Source: Eledone cirrhosa
Taxonomy: Eukaryota
Direction of reading: 5' to 3'
Length of the DNA: 64,000 nucleotides
NCBI GenBank assembly: GCA_964016885.1
Contig: OZ024740.1
Span: forward strand, 392,150,001 to 392,214,000
The first letter of the stretch is position 1. The number at the start of each line of letters is the position of its first letter. Below, in pieces: positions 38,289 to 50,372 of this stretch. A program made the translations under genes and the position numbers. The notes beneath the pieces are model-generated. The model was given only the letters and a program-made list of their open reading frames with translations, searched no databases and was not told the DNA's origin.

Positions 38289-40110
38289 TCAAACCAGCTG
38301 AATGCACAAGAAAACAAAAACTAGAAGGAATCCTATTTGAAACGTGCACTACTTGACACCGAGATTGCATTCAAACTTTCCCATGAAAATGAGAGGGCAA
38401 AGAAAGAAAGCAGGGCCATAGAAAATATTAAAACAAACCCTAAGGCCTACTTTAAATTTGCAAAAAAAACTGCCTCGGTACACTGCAAGATTGGGCCACT
38501 CTTACATACAGATGGTTCATTAACCGAGAATCCCCAAGAGATAAGTGAAATACTGAACGAACAGTACAAAAGTGTGTTCACATGTCCACTGAGGCACATG
38601 CAAATAACAAAGCCAGAGGAGTTCTTTGATGCCACAACACTCCATGAAATGCAACCATCAACCACATAGACATAATGGAGGAGGATGTGGTATATGCCAT
38701 AGATGAAATTAGAATGGACTCAGCTGCTGGACCTGATGGATTTCCAGCAGTCCTCTTAAAAACATGTAAGCGGGCCAGTCTCCCTGACGTTACATATCAG
38801 TAAGGTCATGGAGTGAATCATCAGAAAGAAACTCGAGGAAAATGACCACCTGACTAGCACGCAGCATGGCTTTTGCCCAGGAAGAAGCTGCCTTACACAG
38901 TTGCTACATCACTACGACTGGGTACTGAAAATACTGCTAGACAGCTCACATGTGGACGTGATATATATTGACTTTACGAAGGCCTTTGACAAGGTCGACC
39001 ACGGAATGATATGTCACAAACTACATGGACTCGGCATAACTAGAAAAGTGGCTGCATGACTTCTTAAAGGACAGAAGCTAGACAGTCGCAGCAAATTGGG
39101 CCCTCTCAAAGGAAACATCAATAACAAGTGGCGTGCCCCAAGGCACAGTCCTGTGACCACTACTATTTTTGGTGGCTCTCTCAGACATACCCTCTGTAGT
39201 ACATACAACAACATCCCTCACTAGCTATGCTAATAACACTAAGGTAGCACAAGCAATCAAAAACCCGGCTGACGCTGCCCTTTTACAACAAGATCTGGAT
39301 GCCATATACAAATGGGCAGAAAACAACAACATGCAGTTTAATGCTGGCAAATTCCAAGCCCTACAATACAAACCTGCAAACACAAATACAGAACAACACA
39401 TCAAAGTGGCGACAATGTGCAGACGACTTGCTTGCTGGATCTTGAGGACTTTCCGGACAAGAGACCGACACACCATGTTGACACTATGGAGGACATTTGT
39501 CCTAAGCCGCCTGGACTACTGCTCCCAGTTGTGGTCACCCCATAGTGTCAAACTAACCACGGAGCTTGAGGCAATCCAGCGAAGCTACACCAAGAGGATT
39601 GCAACGATGAAGGAGATAAGCTACTGGGAGAGGCTAAAAGAACTGAACCTCTACTCCTTGGAACGAAGACGGGAGAGATACGCAGTGATCTACATGTGGA
39701 AAATCATGGAGGGACTAGCACCAAACTTTGTCATTGGGAGCTGGACCAACAGTCGAACAGGACGTCACTGTGTGGTGCCAAAGGTCCTGTTTTCCATATC
39801 TAGAATAAGGAGCAGGTATTGCAAAAGCCTGGGGTTCAAGGGCCCTCAACTCTTCAACAAGCTGCCGAGGGATCTGAGAGATCTGCATGGTGTGGATGTG
39901 GATGTTTTCAAGAAACATCTCGACACCTTTCTATCCAAGATCCCGGATGAGCCCACAGCAAGGCATGAGGGAAACCTAAGGGCAGCAACAACAAACTTCC
40001 TCTTGCACCTGTGGCCAACCAATACAGGCTGGAGATAAAATGTGTAGCAACAAGGGTGGTGCCCCAGCATGGCCTCAGCCGGATGATGGAACAGGTAAAA
40101 GAGTAAAAGA
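38289..40110 (+). mobile_element. 5'-truncated, deleted CR1-group LINE
   Basis: NPKAYFKFAK, SAAGPDG, QHGF.PGRSCLTQLL, YIDFTKAFDKVDH, SGVPQGTVL, decayed YADD (YANN), C-terminal ORF 39169-40038, TAAAAGAG tail. Confidence 0.88.
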
Positions 40111-40811
40111 ATATATATATATATATATATCTTATATATATATGCATATGTATATATGTATATATATATCATATATATATGTATATATATATATCATGTA
40201 TATATATATATCATATATATATATATATCATATATATATATATCATATATATATATATATATCATATATATATATATATATATCATATATATATATATAT
40301 ATATATATGATATATATATCATATATATATGTATATATATCATATTTATATGTATATATATCATATAGATATATGTATATATATCATATATAGATATATG
40401 TATATATATCATATATATATGTATATATATCATATATATATGTATATATATCATATATATATGTATATAGATCATATTCATATGTATATATATCATATAG
40501 ATATATGTATATATATCATATTTATATGTATATATATCATATTTATATGTATATATATCATATATAGATATATGTATATATATCATATATAGATATATGT
40601 ATATATATCATATATAGATATATGTATATATATCATATATAGATATATGTATATATATCATATATAGATATATGTATATATATCATATATAGATATATGT
40701 ATATATATTATAAATATGTATATATATCATATATATATATGTATATATATCATATATATATGTATATATATCATATATATATGTATATATATCATATATA
40801 TATGTATATAT

Positions 40812-40848
<37 letters not shown>

Positions 40849-40855
40849 TATATAT
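40111..40855. repeat. ATC-interrupted (TA)n array with a 25-bp higher-order repeat
   Basis: TATATAGATATATGTATATATATCA repeated head to tail from 40561 to about 40700. Confidence 0.9.
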
Positions 40856-42930
40856 CATAGAGATCCAATAGAGGGACCAGCAGTGTTAGTTGAAGGTAGT
40901 AAAATAAGTAAGGCAATCAAAGATATGAAGACGGGTAAGGCGGCTGGGCCTTCGGAAATAGTTGCTGAGATGCTGAAAGCCTCTGGAACAGTGGGACACA
41001 CCATGGTCACCCGGATAGTAAACCAAGTCATACAGAATGGGGTTGTTCCGAAGGAGTGGCGTAGCAGCATCATCATTAACTGTTACAAGGGTAAAGGAGA
41101 CGCCCTAGATAGGAGTAACTATAGAGGCTTTAAATTAATCGACCAGGTCATGAAGGTCACAGAAAAAGTAATAGTGCAACTAATCAGAGAGAGAATTGAT
41201 CTAGATGAAATGCAGTTCGGGTTTGTGTCAGGCAAAAGTACCACAGACGCTCTTTTCATTGTACGACAACTACAGGAGAAGTACCTAGCTAAAAGTAAAC
41301 CCCTATACTTAGCCTTTGTCGACTTGGAGAAAGCGTTCGACAGAGTCCCCCGTTCCATTATCTGGTGGGCTCTTAGAAAACTAGGTGTTGATGAATGGCT
41401 TGTGAGAGCTATACAAGCCATGTATAAAGAAACAGTCAGCAAGGTTAGAATTAACAACGAATATAGTGAAGAGTTTAGTGTAAAAGTTGGTGTTCATCAG
41501 GGATCTGTTCTTAGCCCCCTACTATTTATTATTGCCCTACAGGCTATAACAGTGGAGTTCAAGACCGGCTGCCCATGGGAACTCCTATACGCAGATGATC
41601 TAACGCCCATAGCTGAGTCAATGGCCGAGCTAGAGAAGAAATTCCAAACATGGAAGCACGGCCTAGAATCAAAAGGCCTTAAAATTAACCTGGCTAAGAC
41701 TAAAGTTCTAGTTTGTAGGAAAGAAAATAAGGCGCCGGTCCCTTCCGGGAAATGGCCATGCTCAGTGTGTAGGAAAGGCGTAGGTAGAAACTCCATTTTA
41801 TGTCCCAAATGCAAAGTATGGGTGCATAAAAGATGTAGTGATATCACAGGTAAGCTAACTAAGAACATAGATTTTACATGTGGCCGGTGCTATGGTGCAA
41901 TAAGTAGCAGCAATTGCCCACAAAATTCTAGCTCTTTCAATTGCGCAGAGGGTTCTATAGAAATAGTGGACAGCTTCCGTTACCTGGGTGACAAAATCAG
42001 CAGTGGGGGTGGGTGCTCTGAAAGTACAGTAGCTAGAGTCAGAACTGGATGGAAAAAGTTCAGAGAGCTTATACCACTATTAGCCGCTAAAGGGTTCTCC
42101 CTAAAAATGAAAGGCAGGTTGTATGATGCCTGCATACGAACAGCAATGTTGCATGGCAGTGAGACCTGAGCATTGTGTGTAGAGGATATACACAGACTAG
42201 AGAGGAACGAAGCTTGCATGCTCCGCTGGATGTGTAATAGTAATATACGCGAACGGCAAAGCATAAACAAACTAAGGGAAAAATTAGAAATAAGAGGGAT
42301 CAGATGTTGTTTAGTCGAGAGAAGGCTACGTTGGTATGGTCACGTGATGCGCATGAAAGACGACAGCTGTATAAAAAAGTGCAGGGCAATAAAGTTAGAC
42401 GGTAGCCACGGAGTAGGCAGACCCCGAAAAACCTGGGACGACCTGATAAATTCCGACCTCACACACTTACACCTCTCCAAGACAATGTCACTGGACCGAG
42501 ATCTTTGGCCGTACTCAGTAATAGAGAAGGCCCACCTTACCTGAAATACAAAGTAAAACCTACTACAGTCAGTAGGCATCTCTAACAAAACACATCCCCG
42601 TCCCACCACCCCCACCCTATCCACACCGCCCCTTTCAATGTAAAGTTATGTTGGTGCCACAACATCCAGGCCGAAACAAATGAGATCGTGTAGGTGTCAT
42701 GACAAAAAAACACACAGTCCACTCGGTAATGTGGCCGTGTAGGCAACACGGTAAAAACATCCCAGCCCCACACTGTAAATGTGGTTGGTGTTAGGAAGGG
42801 CATCCAGCTGTAGAAAACCCGCCAGACAGTCCTATGCGAGCAAGACAACCACTCTTGCCTCAAGTGGGAAAACTCCCGTCCAAACCCATGCAAGCGTGCA
42901 ACATGGACGTTAAACGATGGTGATGATGAT
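40856..42930 (+). mobile_element. 5'-truncated RTE LINE (subfamily A)
   Basis: RT plus PHD finger in ORF ending 42169 (TGG to TGA nonsense), continuation 42173-42544, 3' UTR and GAT tail. Confidence 0.94.
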
Positions 42931-42948
42931 ATCATATATATATATATC

Positions 42949-42986
<38 letters not shown>

Positions 42987-43103
42987 ATATCATATATATA
43001 TATATATATATATATATCATATATATATATATATATATATATCATATATATATATATATATATCATATATATATATATATATATATCATATATATATATA
43101 TAT

Positions 43104-43138
<35 letters not shown>

Positions 43139-43287
43139 TATATATATATATATATATCATATATATATATATATATATATCATACACCAACAGCAAATTA
43201 CAGAAAGATATAAAAAAACTACTGGACGACCTTAAAAACACCAAAGGAATTGTAGTAAAAGCGGACAAAACATCAAACCTGTACACT

Positions 43288-44685
43288 ATGGATTGCACTA
43301 CATACAACAATTTCATTCGAAAAAAATTACATAAAAAATATAGAAAAACGAGTGAAGTAACCCTTAAGCACATCAATGATGAGGCATGCGAAATAGTGAA
43401 AAATCTCGGAATCGAAGATAGGACAGGGCCACTCTTACCGGCGGTACCCACCTTCAATCTTAAGGACCACAAGGTAAACTTTGATAATGACCCTAAAATT
43501 AGATTAATCTGCCCCTCTAAATCAGATATAGGTAAAATAAGCAAATATATCTTAGATAGAATCATCCCCCAAATTAAGGCTAAGGTTAACATTAAACTCT
43601 GGGGGAAGACCCAAGAAGCAATAAGATGGTTTAATAGCATTAGCAATAAGAATAAATCTAAGTTTATCCAGTTTGATATCGATGAATATTACTCATCGAT
43701 ATCACCTGAAACTTTGAATAGAGCCATTAAGTTTGCTAAGGATAACTCTGACCTTACAAACGATGAAATTAAGATTATATTAGAAGCTAGGAAAACTATA
43801 GTCAAATTTGAGAACAGTTATTGGGTACGTAAAGATAGACCCTCTAACTTTGACATAACAATGGGCTCTAACGATTCGGCGGAAATAACTGATATTGTGG
43901 GGTTATTTATCGCCTTTAGACTCCAGGAAAAATTCAGCAATCTCCACGGCGGAATATACCGCGACGATGTTCTCCTCCTAGCTAAAAACCTTAATAACCA
44001 AAAACTAGAAAAACTACGCAAAGATATAAGAAAACTACTACTCGAAATAGGACTAACTATAACATATGAATACAACCTTAAAGTAGTTAACTTCCTGGAT
44101 GTCACACTCAATTTAAACTCTGGTTTGATTAAACCGTTTCATAAATTGAATGAAAATCTCAAATACGTAAATGTTGGGTCTAACCACCCCATCTCTATAA
44201 TTAAATCTATCCCTAAAAATATTTCCCTTAGAATCTCGGGTCTATCTTCTAACATACAAGTATTTAAGGAACACGCCGAGTACTACGATAACGCCCTTAG
44301 TAAAGCAGGCTACCTCAACAAAATAGAGTACATAGATGGGAACAATCAAAACACCCAAAATAAATCCCACATAGGTAGATATAATAACACAACACCAAAC
44401 CACACTTACTACCATAGTATGCACACCAGTAAACCAACAAACAAAACTAATAGAAAGCGATGCAAAGAGTACTTATGGTATAACCCCGAATACAATAGTT
44501 CCATTAGTACAAATTTACCAGTACTCTTCTTTAAAATAATTAAAAGACATTTTCCCACATCACACAAATACCACAAAATCCTAAACCCTACCACTATAAG
44601 ACTGTCATACTCTACAACGTTAAACCTTGAACAACACATAAAAAAGATCAATACTAGAAGGTTAAACGAAAACACTAGAACTTAA
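43288..44685 (+). pseudogene. Penelope-like reverse transcriptase (5'-truncated, premature stop)
   Basis: Frame is open upstream through VVKADKTSN; motifs KIRLICP, FIQFDIDEYYSSI, ITMGSNDSAEITDIVG, GIYRDD, VNFLDVTLNL, SNHP. Confidence 0.88.
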
Positions 44686-44705
44686 GTACAAAGAACACAA
44701 AAAAA

Positions 44706-45224
44706 ACAGTAGACAATACACTACAGAACATAAATAAACCACACCTAAGTTCGTCCGCAATACTACTCCAGAGAAAACCCAACGTACACAACTGTAACTG
44801 CACCTATCCTGACAACTGCCCCCTCGGCAATAACTGCCTGGAAAAAAATATTATTTATAAGTGTACCATTAAATCCGGAGGCAACGAGTGGTATTACGTG
44901 GGATCAACGGCAACATCGTTTAAATCTCGATTGTATAGGCATTCTTACTCAATAAAACACCAGAGCCAAAGAAATGTAACAACTTTAGCAGAAAAAGCTT
45001 GGACGCTCAGGGATAGCGATCAAAAGTTTACCCTAAAATGGGAGAAATTAGCTAAAACCCAAAGCTTTTCCAGGAGCCAAAATTTCTGCAAATTGTGTAA
45101 TCTTGAGATTTATTACATAATCACACACAAGAAGAAACTGCTGAATAACAGAATTGAACGAACATTATTCTGCCGTCACAGAACTAAAACCCTTTTTTCC
45201 CACTACAAGCCGAATATTACATAA
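44706..45224 (+). pseudogene. Cys-rich linker and GIY-YIG endonuclease of the Penelope-like element (frameshifted from RT)
   Basis: In-frame CNCTYPDNCPLGNNC, IIYKCTI, YYVGSTATSFKSRLYRH, CKLCNLE, LLNNR, CRH. Confidence 0.85.
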
Positions 45225-45491
45225 AAGAGGGACATCCCCCAACTATATAAACCTTAATTTAGTTAGAAAAATATAAAAACAATCTCTTCTCAACATATAT
45301 TAATAACCTTAAATTACCATACTAATAATGGAAAGATATGCTGATGAGAATAGGTACAAATATGCGATAATGAATGTGTCTAAAAACGTCCATAAGTATG
45401 TATATATATGTGAAAATGTATATAAATAAGTAAATATATATATATGTTTGATGTGTATAGTTAGATGTAAGTGTATTCATGTATTAAAGTG

Positions 45492-45548
<57 letters not shown>

Positions 45549-46111
45549 ATGTATATGTGTGTATATGGATGTGTATGTATGTGTATGTGTGTACACATGG
45601 ACTAGAGTATGTATGTATATATGTGTGTGTCTATACGTGTGTATATAAAGATAAGTTGAGTATGAAAATGTATACGCATGAGCGCGTATGTATGTACATG
45701 AATACATGTGTGTATATATATGTGTATGCATGTGTATATATATGTAAGTATGAATATGTGAATTGTGAGTATATGTATTTTGTAGAGGTGTGCAAATATA
45801 TTTATGTGTGAATGCGTGGGTGAAAGGATACGTACACTTGAAAGAAAAATTTAAGTCTGAATGTTAATTAAGTGCAAACACAAAACCAACCACGCATATC
45901 TTTACTATCTCTAATCCTTCTATAGATTTAGAAAAATAACCAATAATATATTCTATAAAAAAATGTCAAAACAACAGATGGGAATCTAATTACTCACTGC
46001 CACCAAGAATTCTCACTGCTATCGAAAAACCACTCCTTCAACTATTCTTCTAACAACTTCACCCCTCCCTCCTAATATTCTCTATAAAAACTAAATAGGT
46101 CCTCAGTAATA

Positions 46112-46231
46112 TTATTCTGATGAAATGACAGTAAATAATAACATTGAAATATTGAATGTCTGCATAACTAAAAGTTTGTAGATAGCAGCTGTTTTAGGTT
46201 ATGTAACTGTTATAGAAACACGTGTCAATAA
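46112..46231 (+). ncRNA. Putative type I hammerhead ribozyme with enlarged stem II
   Basis: TTATT, CTGATGA (46117-46123), stem II ATGACAGT/ACTGTTAT, GAAA (46215-46218), palindromic ACACGTGT stem III, GTC site (46224-46226), AATAA complementary to TTATT. Confidence 0.65.
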
Positions 46232-46307
46232 ATTCCTTTCAACTAAACTGTATCCATTCAAATCTTTCTATATATATATATATATATATATCATATATAT
46301 ATATATA

Positions 46308-49300
46308 TCATCATCATCATCATCATCATCAACGTTTAACGTCCGTGTTCCATGCTTGCATGGGTTTGGACGGGGGTAGTCCCACTTGAGGCAAGAGTGA
46401 TTGTCTTGCTCGCATAGGACTGTCTGGCAGGTTTTCTACAGTTGGATGCCCTTCCTAACACCAACCACATTTACAGTGTGGGTCTGGGAGGTTTTTACCG
46501 TGTTGCCTACACGGCCACATTACAGCGTGGACTGTGTGTTTTTTTGTCGTGACACCTACACGATCTCATTTGTTTCGGCCTGGATGGCGCGGCACCAACA
46601 TAACTTTACATAGAACGGGGTGGTGGGGGTGGGGGTGGGACAGGGTGTATTTTGTTAGAGATGCCTACTGGCTGGAGTAGGTTTTACTATATATTTAGGT
46701 AAGGCGGGTCTTCTCTGTTACTGAGTACCGCCAAAGGTCTCAGTCCAGTGACATTGTCTTGGAGAGGTGTAAGTGTGTGATGTCGGAGTTTATCAGCTCG
46801 TCCCAGGTTTTTCTAGGTCTGCCTATTCCGTGACTACCGTCTATCTTTATTGCCCTGCACTTTCTTATACAGCTATCGACTTTCATGCGCATCACGTGTC
46901 CATACCAACGTAGCCTTCTCTCGAGTAAACAACATCTGATCCCTCTTATCTCTAATTTTTTCCTTAGTTCGTTTATGCTTTGCCGTTCACGTATATTACT
47001 GTTACACATCCAGCGGAGCATGCAAGCTTCGTTCCTCTCTAGTCTGCGTATATCCTCTGCACACAATGCCCAGGTCTCACTGCCATGCAGCATTGCTGTT
47101 CGTATGCAGGCATCGTACAACCTGCCTTTCATTTTTAGGGAGAACCCTTTAGCAGCTAATAGTGGTATAAGCTCTCTGAACTTTTTCCAACCAGTTCTGA
47201 CTCTAGCTACAGTACTTTCAGAGCACCCTCCCCCACTGCTGATTTTATCGCCCAGGTAACGGAAGCTGTCCACTATTTCTATAGAACCCTCTGCGCAATT
47301 GAAAGAGCTAGTATTTTGTGGGCACTTGCTGCTACTTATTGCACCAGAACACCGGCCACATGTAAAATCTATGTTCTTAGTTAGCTTACCTGTGATACCA
47401 CTACATCTTTTATGCACCCATACTTTGCATTTAGGACATAAAATGGAGTTTCTACCTACGCCTTTCCTACACACCGAGCACGACCATTTCCCAGAAGGGA
47501 CCGCCGCCTTGTTTTCTTTCCTACAAACTAGAACTTTGGTCTTAGCCAGGTTAATTTTAAGTCCTTTTGACTCTAGACCGTGCTTCCATGTTTGGAATTT
47601 CTTCTCTAGCTCGGCCATTGATTCCGCTATGAGTGTCAGGTCGTCTGCGTATAGGAGTTCCCATGGGCAGCCTGTCTTGAACTCCTCTGTTATAGCCTGA
47701 AGGGCAATAATAAATAGTAGGGGGCTGAGAACAGAGCCCTGATGGACGCCAACTTTTACGCTAAACTCTTCACTATATTCGTTGTTAATTCTAACCTTGC
47801 TGACTGTTTCTTTATACATGGCTTGTATAGCTCTCACAAGCCATTCGTCAACGCCTAGTTTTCTAAGAGCCCACCAGATAATGGAGCGGGGGACTCTGTC
47901 GAAGGCTTTCTCCAAGTCGACAAAAGCTAAGTAGAGGGGTTTACCTTTAGCTAGGTACTTCTCCTGTAGTTGTCGTACTATGAAAAGAGCGTCTGTGGTA
48001 CTTTTGCCTGACACAAACCCGAACTGCATTTCATCTAGGTCAATTCTCTCTCTGATTAGTTGCGCTATTACTTTTTCCGTGACCTTCATGACCTGGTCGA
48101 TTAATTTAATGCCTCTATAGTTACTCCTATCTAGGGCGTCTCCTTTACTCTTATAACAGTTAACGATGATGCTGCTATGCCAGTCCTTCGGAACAACCCC
48201 ATTCTGTACGACTTGGTTAACTATGCGGGTGACCATGGTGTGTCCCACCGTGCCAGATGCCTTCAGCATCTCAGCAACTATTTCTGAAGGCCCAGCCGCC
48301 TTACCCGTCTTCATATCCTTGATTGCCTTACTTATTATACTCCCCTCGACTAACACTGCTGGTCCCTCTATTGGGTCGATATGGGGGAGACTGTCTTTCT
48401 CCCATTTATTCTCCTCATTTAGTAGCCTTTCATAGTGACACTTCCAAGCTACCTTCTTATCAGCGTCGGTGATGGCATGTGTGCCATCGTCGTTTAGTAC
48501 ACACTTCTCCCCGACAATATCACGGTTTTCCTTGACGCATTGCCTAGCAATCCTGAACACCTCACGTTTTTGGTCATAGCGTTGTAGAACATGCTTGAAC
48601 TTTCTTTCCTCAGCTTCCCTTCTTGCTAAGTACACTTGTCTCCTAGCTTCCCTCCTGGCCACTTGATAGTCTTCTCTACTTCCCCCATCCCGCCATACTT
48701 TCCAAGCCTGCTTTTTGGCCTTAATTGACCCCTCCACCTTACTGTTCCACCACCATGTTACTCTCCTCCTGCCTACAGGCCTGCTCCAGCCACAGACTTC
48801 GTCTGTCGCCAACAGCAGGTTTGCTTTCAGAAATTCCCACTCTCCCTCTATATTGTCCGACTCTAAATGTTCTTCCTTACTGTCGAAAGCATCAAGTAAT
48901 ATGCTTTGAAATTTATTCCTGGCTGTGGGGTCCTTTAGCTTCCATATTTTTCTCCTGAGGATAGTCCTCTTCTGCTGTCGAGTACGTCTCATCCTGACTA
49001 TGAGGTCGCTAATTATCAGTCTATGTTGGGAGGTGCATTCTTCATGGGGGAGGGATTTAGTGTTTACAACAGACACTCTGTCACGTCTTCTGGTAAGGAT
49101 ATAATCTACCTGGCTTGTGTGTTCCCCGGATCTATAGGTGATCAGGTGATTGTCACGTTTTTTGAAGTTAGTGTTACAGATAGTTAGGTTATTTGCATCA
49201 CAGAATTCCAGGATTCTGGAGCCTTCCTCATTTCTAGTACCAAACCCATAGCCTCCATGGATTTCGTCGTAGCCGTCACAATGTTGTCCAACGTGACCAT

Positions 49301-50372
49301 TTAGGTCGCCTGCAATAATTATATAGTCACTGTCGGATATTTGGGAGGTAGTTAGCATCAGTGTCTCATAGAATCTGTCTTTTATAGTGCCGGGCAGTCC
49401 GGATTGGGGTGCGTACGCAGATATTACTGTCACCGTAGTTCTATTGAGGACAAGTCGTATTTTAATTATTCTGTAGTTCACTCTATTTACGTCTATTATC
49501 TTATCTGCCCACTTTTCTGCTACCATGATTCCTACTCCACCCAGCCCATCGTCGTTTCCCACCCAGAAAAGCTTATAACATCGTTTTTTACCCTCAATGA
49601 ATCTAGCAGACCCACCCCTCCACCTGGTCTCTTGAATACAACAAACATCGACCTCCTTACGTTCAAGCATTTCTACAACCTCGTTAGCGCGACCCTTTAG
49701 GGTGCCTACATTTATGGTACCAACTCTGAAGTTTTGGATTGCGTTTGGGGGTTGGGGGCGGTGGGGGGCGGGGGGCGATGGGGTTATGTTAGCCATCCGC
49801 GGTCGAAACAATGAGGAGTGCTCACATTCTCGTCCAAGAGGTGAATTTGTCTTTATCTTTGGCATTGTCGCTGAGCGTCCAGATTTTTCTCTCTCTCCTC
49901 CACTTTCCAGGATTCCGCAGTCCATCCATCCATCATATTGAAAGGCAACCAGGCAAGCGATAGTATAGGCCTCTGGCTTCTGATTGGTCCGCGTAATAAT
50001 AATACTGGTGATGCGTGGGGGCTCTGGCTTATGATTGGTCCACGTAATAGCAATGGTGGTAGTGCGTGGGGGCGGGAGGGAGGGGTGTTGGGTAGCTAGA
50101 TAGAAGGTAATGATTGAATGGGGTCCTTGCACATTTAACAAGCGATTAACAAAAATACAAAATTTGTTCTGTTCAATATGACCAAAAACTTTCGTATCTA
50201 ACAATTAATAAATACAAAAAATGTAGATTGTTTTAGCGATAGATTGGCTATTTGGACTTGATACGAAATATGGAGTGTGGAGGTAGAGATGGAGAAAAGT
50301 ATGTACATTACGTTACATGAATATCGTGGGGTAGACAGCAAAGCAATGAAATTTGGCGAAGTGAATTTCTAT
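46308..50372 (-). mobile_element. Near full-length RTE-clade LINE (subfamily A)
   Basis: (CAT)n tail at 46308, 3' UTR, long ORF, CCAAT repeats; 5' UTR homology with the 11871 copy extends past 50100. The 5' boundary is 50372 or 51061 (see findings). Confidence 0.93.
46740..50204 (-). CDS. RTE ORF: APE endonuclease, reverse transcriptase, PHD-type finger
   Basis: Nearly identical to 12140-15394; CGA to TGA at 46740 removes about 15 C-terminal residues; the N-terminal extension is probably open UTR rather than coding. Confidence 0.9.
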   Translation of the reverse strand: MLDTKVFGHIEQNKFCIFVNRLLNVQGPHSIITFYLATQHPSLPPPRTTTIAITWTNHKPEPPRITSIIITRTNQKPEAYTIACLVAFQYDGWMDCGILESGGEREKSGRSATMPKIKTNSPLGRECEHSSLFRPRMANITPSPPAPHRPQPPNAIQNFRVGTINVGTLKGRANEVVEMLERKEVDVCCIQETRWRGGSARFIEGKKRCYKLFWVGNDDGLGGVGIMVAEKWADKIIDVNRVNYRIIKIRLVLNRTTVTVISAYAPQSGLPGTIKDRFYETLMLTTSQISDSDYIIIAGDLNGHVGQHCDGYDEIHGGYGFGTRNEEGSRILEFCDANNLTICNTNFKKRDNHLITYRSGEHTSQVDYILTRRRDRVSVVNTKSLPHEECTSQHRLIISDLIVRMRRTRQQKRTILRRKIWKLKDPTARNKFQSILLDAFDSKEEHLESDNIEGEWEFLKANLLLATDEVCGWSRPVGRRRVTWWWNSKVEGSIKAKKQAWKVWRDGGSREDYQVARREARRQVYLARREAEERKFKHVLQRYDQKREVFRIARQCVKENRDIVGEKCVLNDDGTHAITDADKKVAWKCHYERLLNEENKWEKDSLPHIDPIEGPAVLVEGSIISKAIKDMKTGKAAGPSEIVAEMLKASGTVGHTMVTRIVNQVVQNGVVPKDWHSSIIVNCYKSKGDALDRSNYRGIKLIDQVMKVTEKVIAQLIRERIDLDEMQFGFVSGKSTTDALFIVRQLQEKYLAKGKPLYLAFVDLEKAFDRVPRSIIWWALRKLGVDEWLVRAIQAMYKETVSKVRINNEYSEEFSVKVGVHQGSVLSPLLFIIALQAITEEFKTGCPWELLYADDLTLIAESMAELEKKFQTWKHGLESKGLKINLAKTKVLVCRKENKAAVPSGKWSCSVCRKGVGRNSILCPKCKVWVHKRCSGITGKLTKNIDFTCGRCSGAISSSKCPQNTSSFNCAEGSIEIVDSFRYLGDKISSGGGCSESTVARVRTGWKKFRELIPLLAAKGFSLKMKGRLYDACIRTAMLHGSETWALCAEDIRRLERNEACMLRWMCNSNIRERQSINELRKKLEIRGIRCCLLERRLRWYGHVMRMKVDSCIRKCRAIKIDGSHGIGRPRKTWDELINSDITHLHLSKTMSLD

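Larger units (their letters stand above)
43184..46268 (+). mobile_element. 5'-truncated Penelope-like element with C-terminal GIY-YIG, inserted in a TA array
   Basis: RT, CxCx5Cx5C linker, GIY-YIG, long 3' UTR with internal TA/TG tract and terminal hammerhead motif; both ends abut TA arrays. Confidence 0.88.

Noticed and set aside
45341-45390. Second CTGATGA in the Penelope 3' UTR
   Set aside because: No stem II followed by GAAA and NUH that I can assemble.
49810-50204. N-terminal extension of the 1154-aa ORF as a real extra domain
   Set aside because: It runs through variable 5' UTR repeats and is not conserved in frame in the sister copy.
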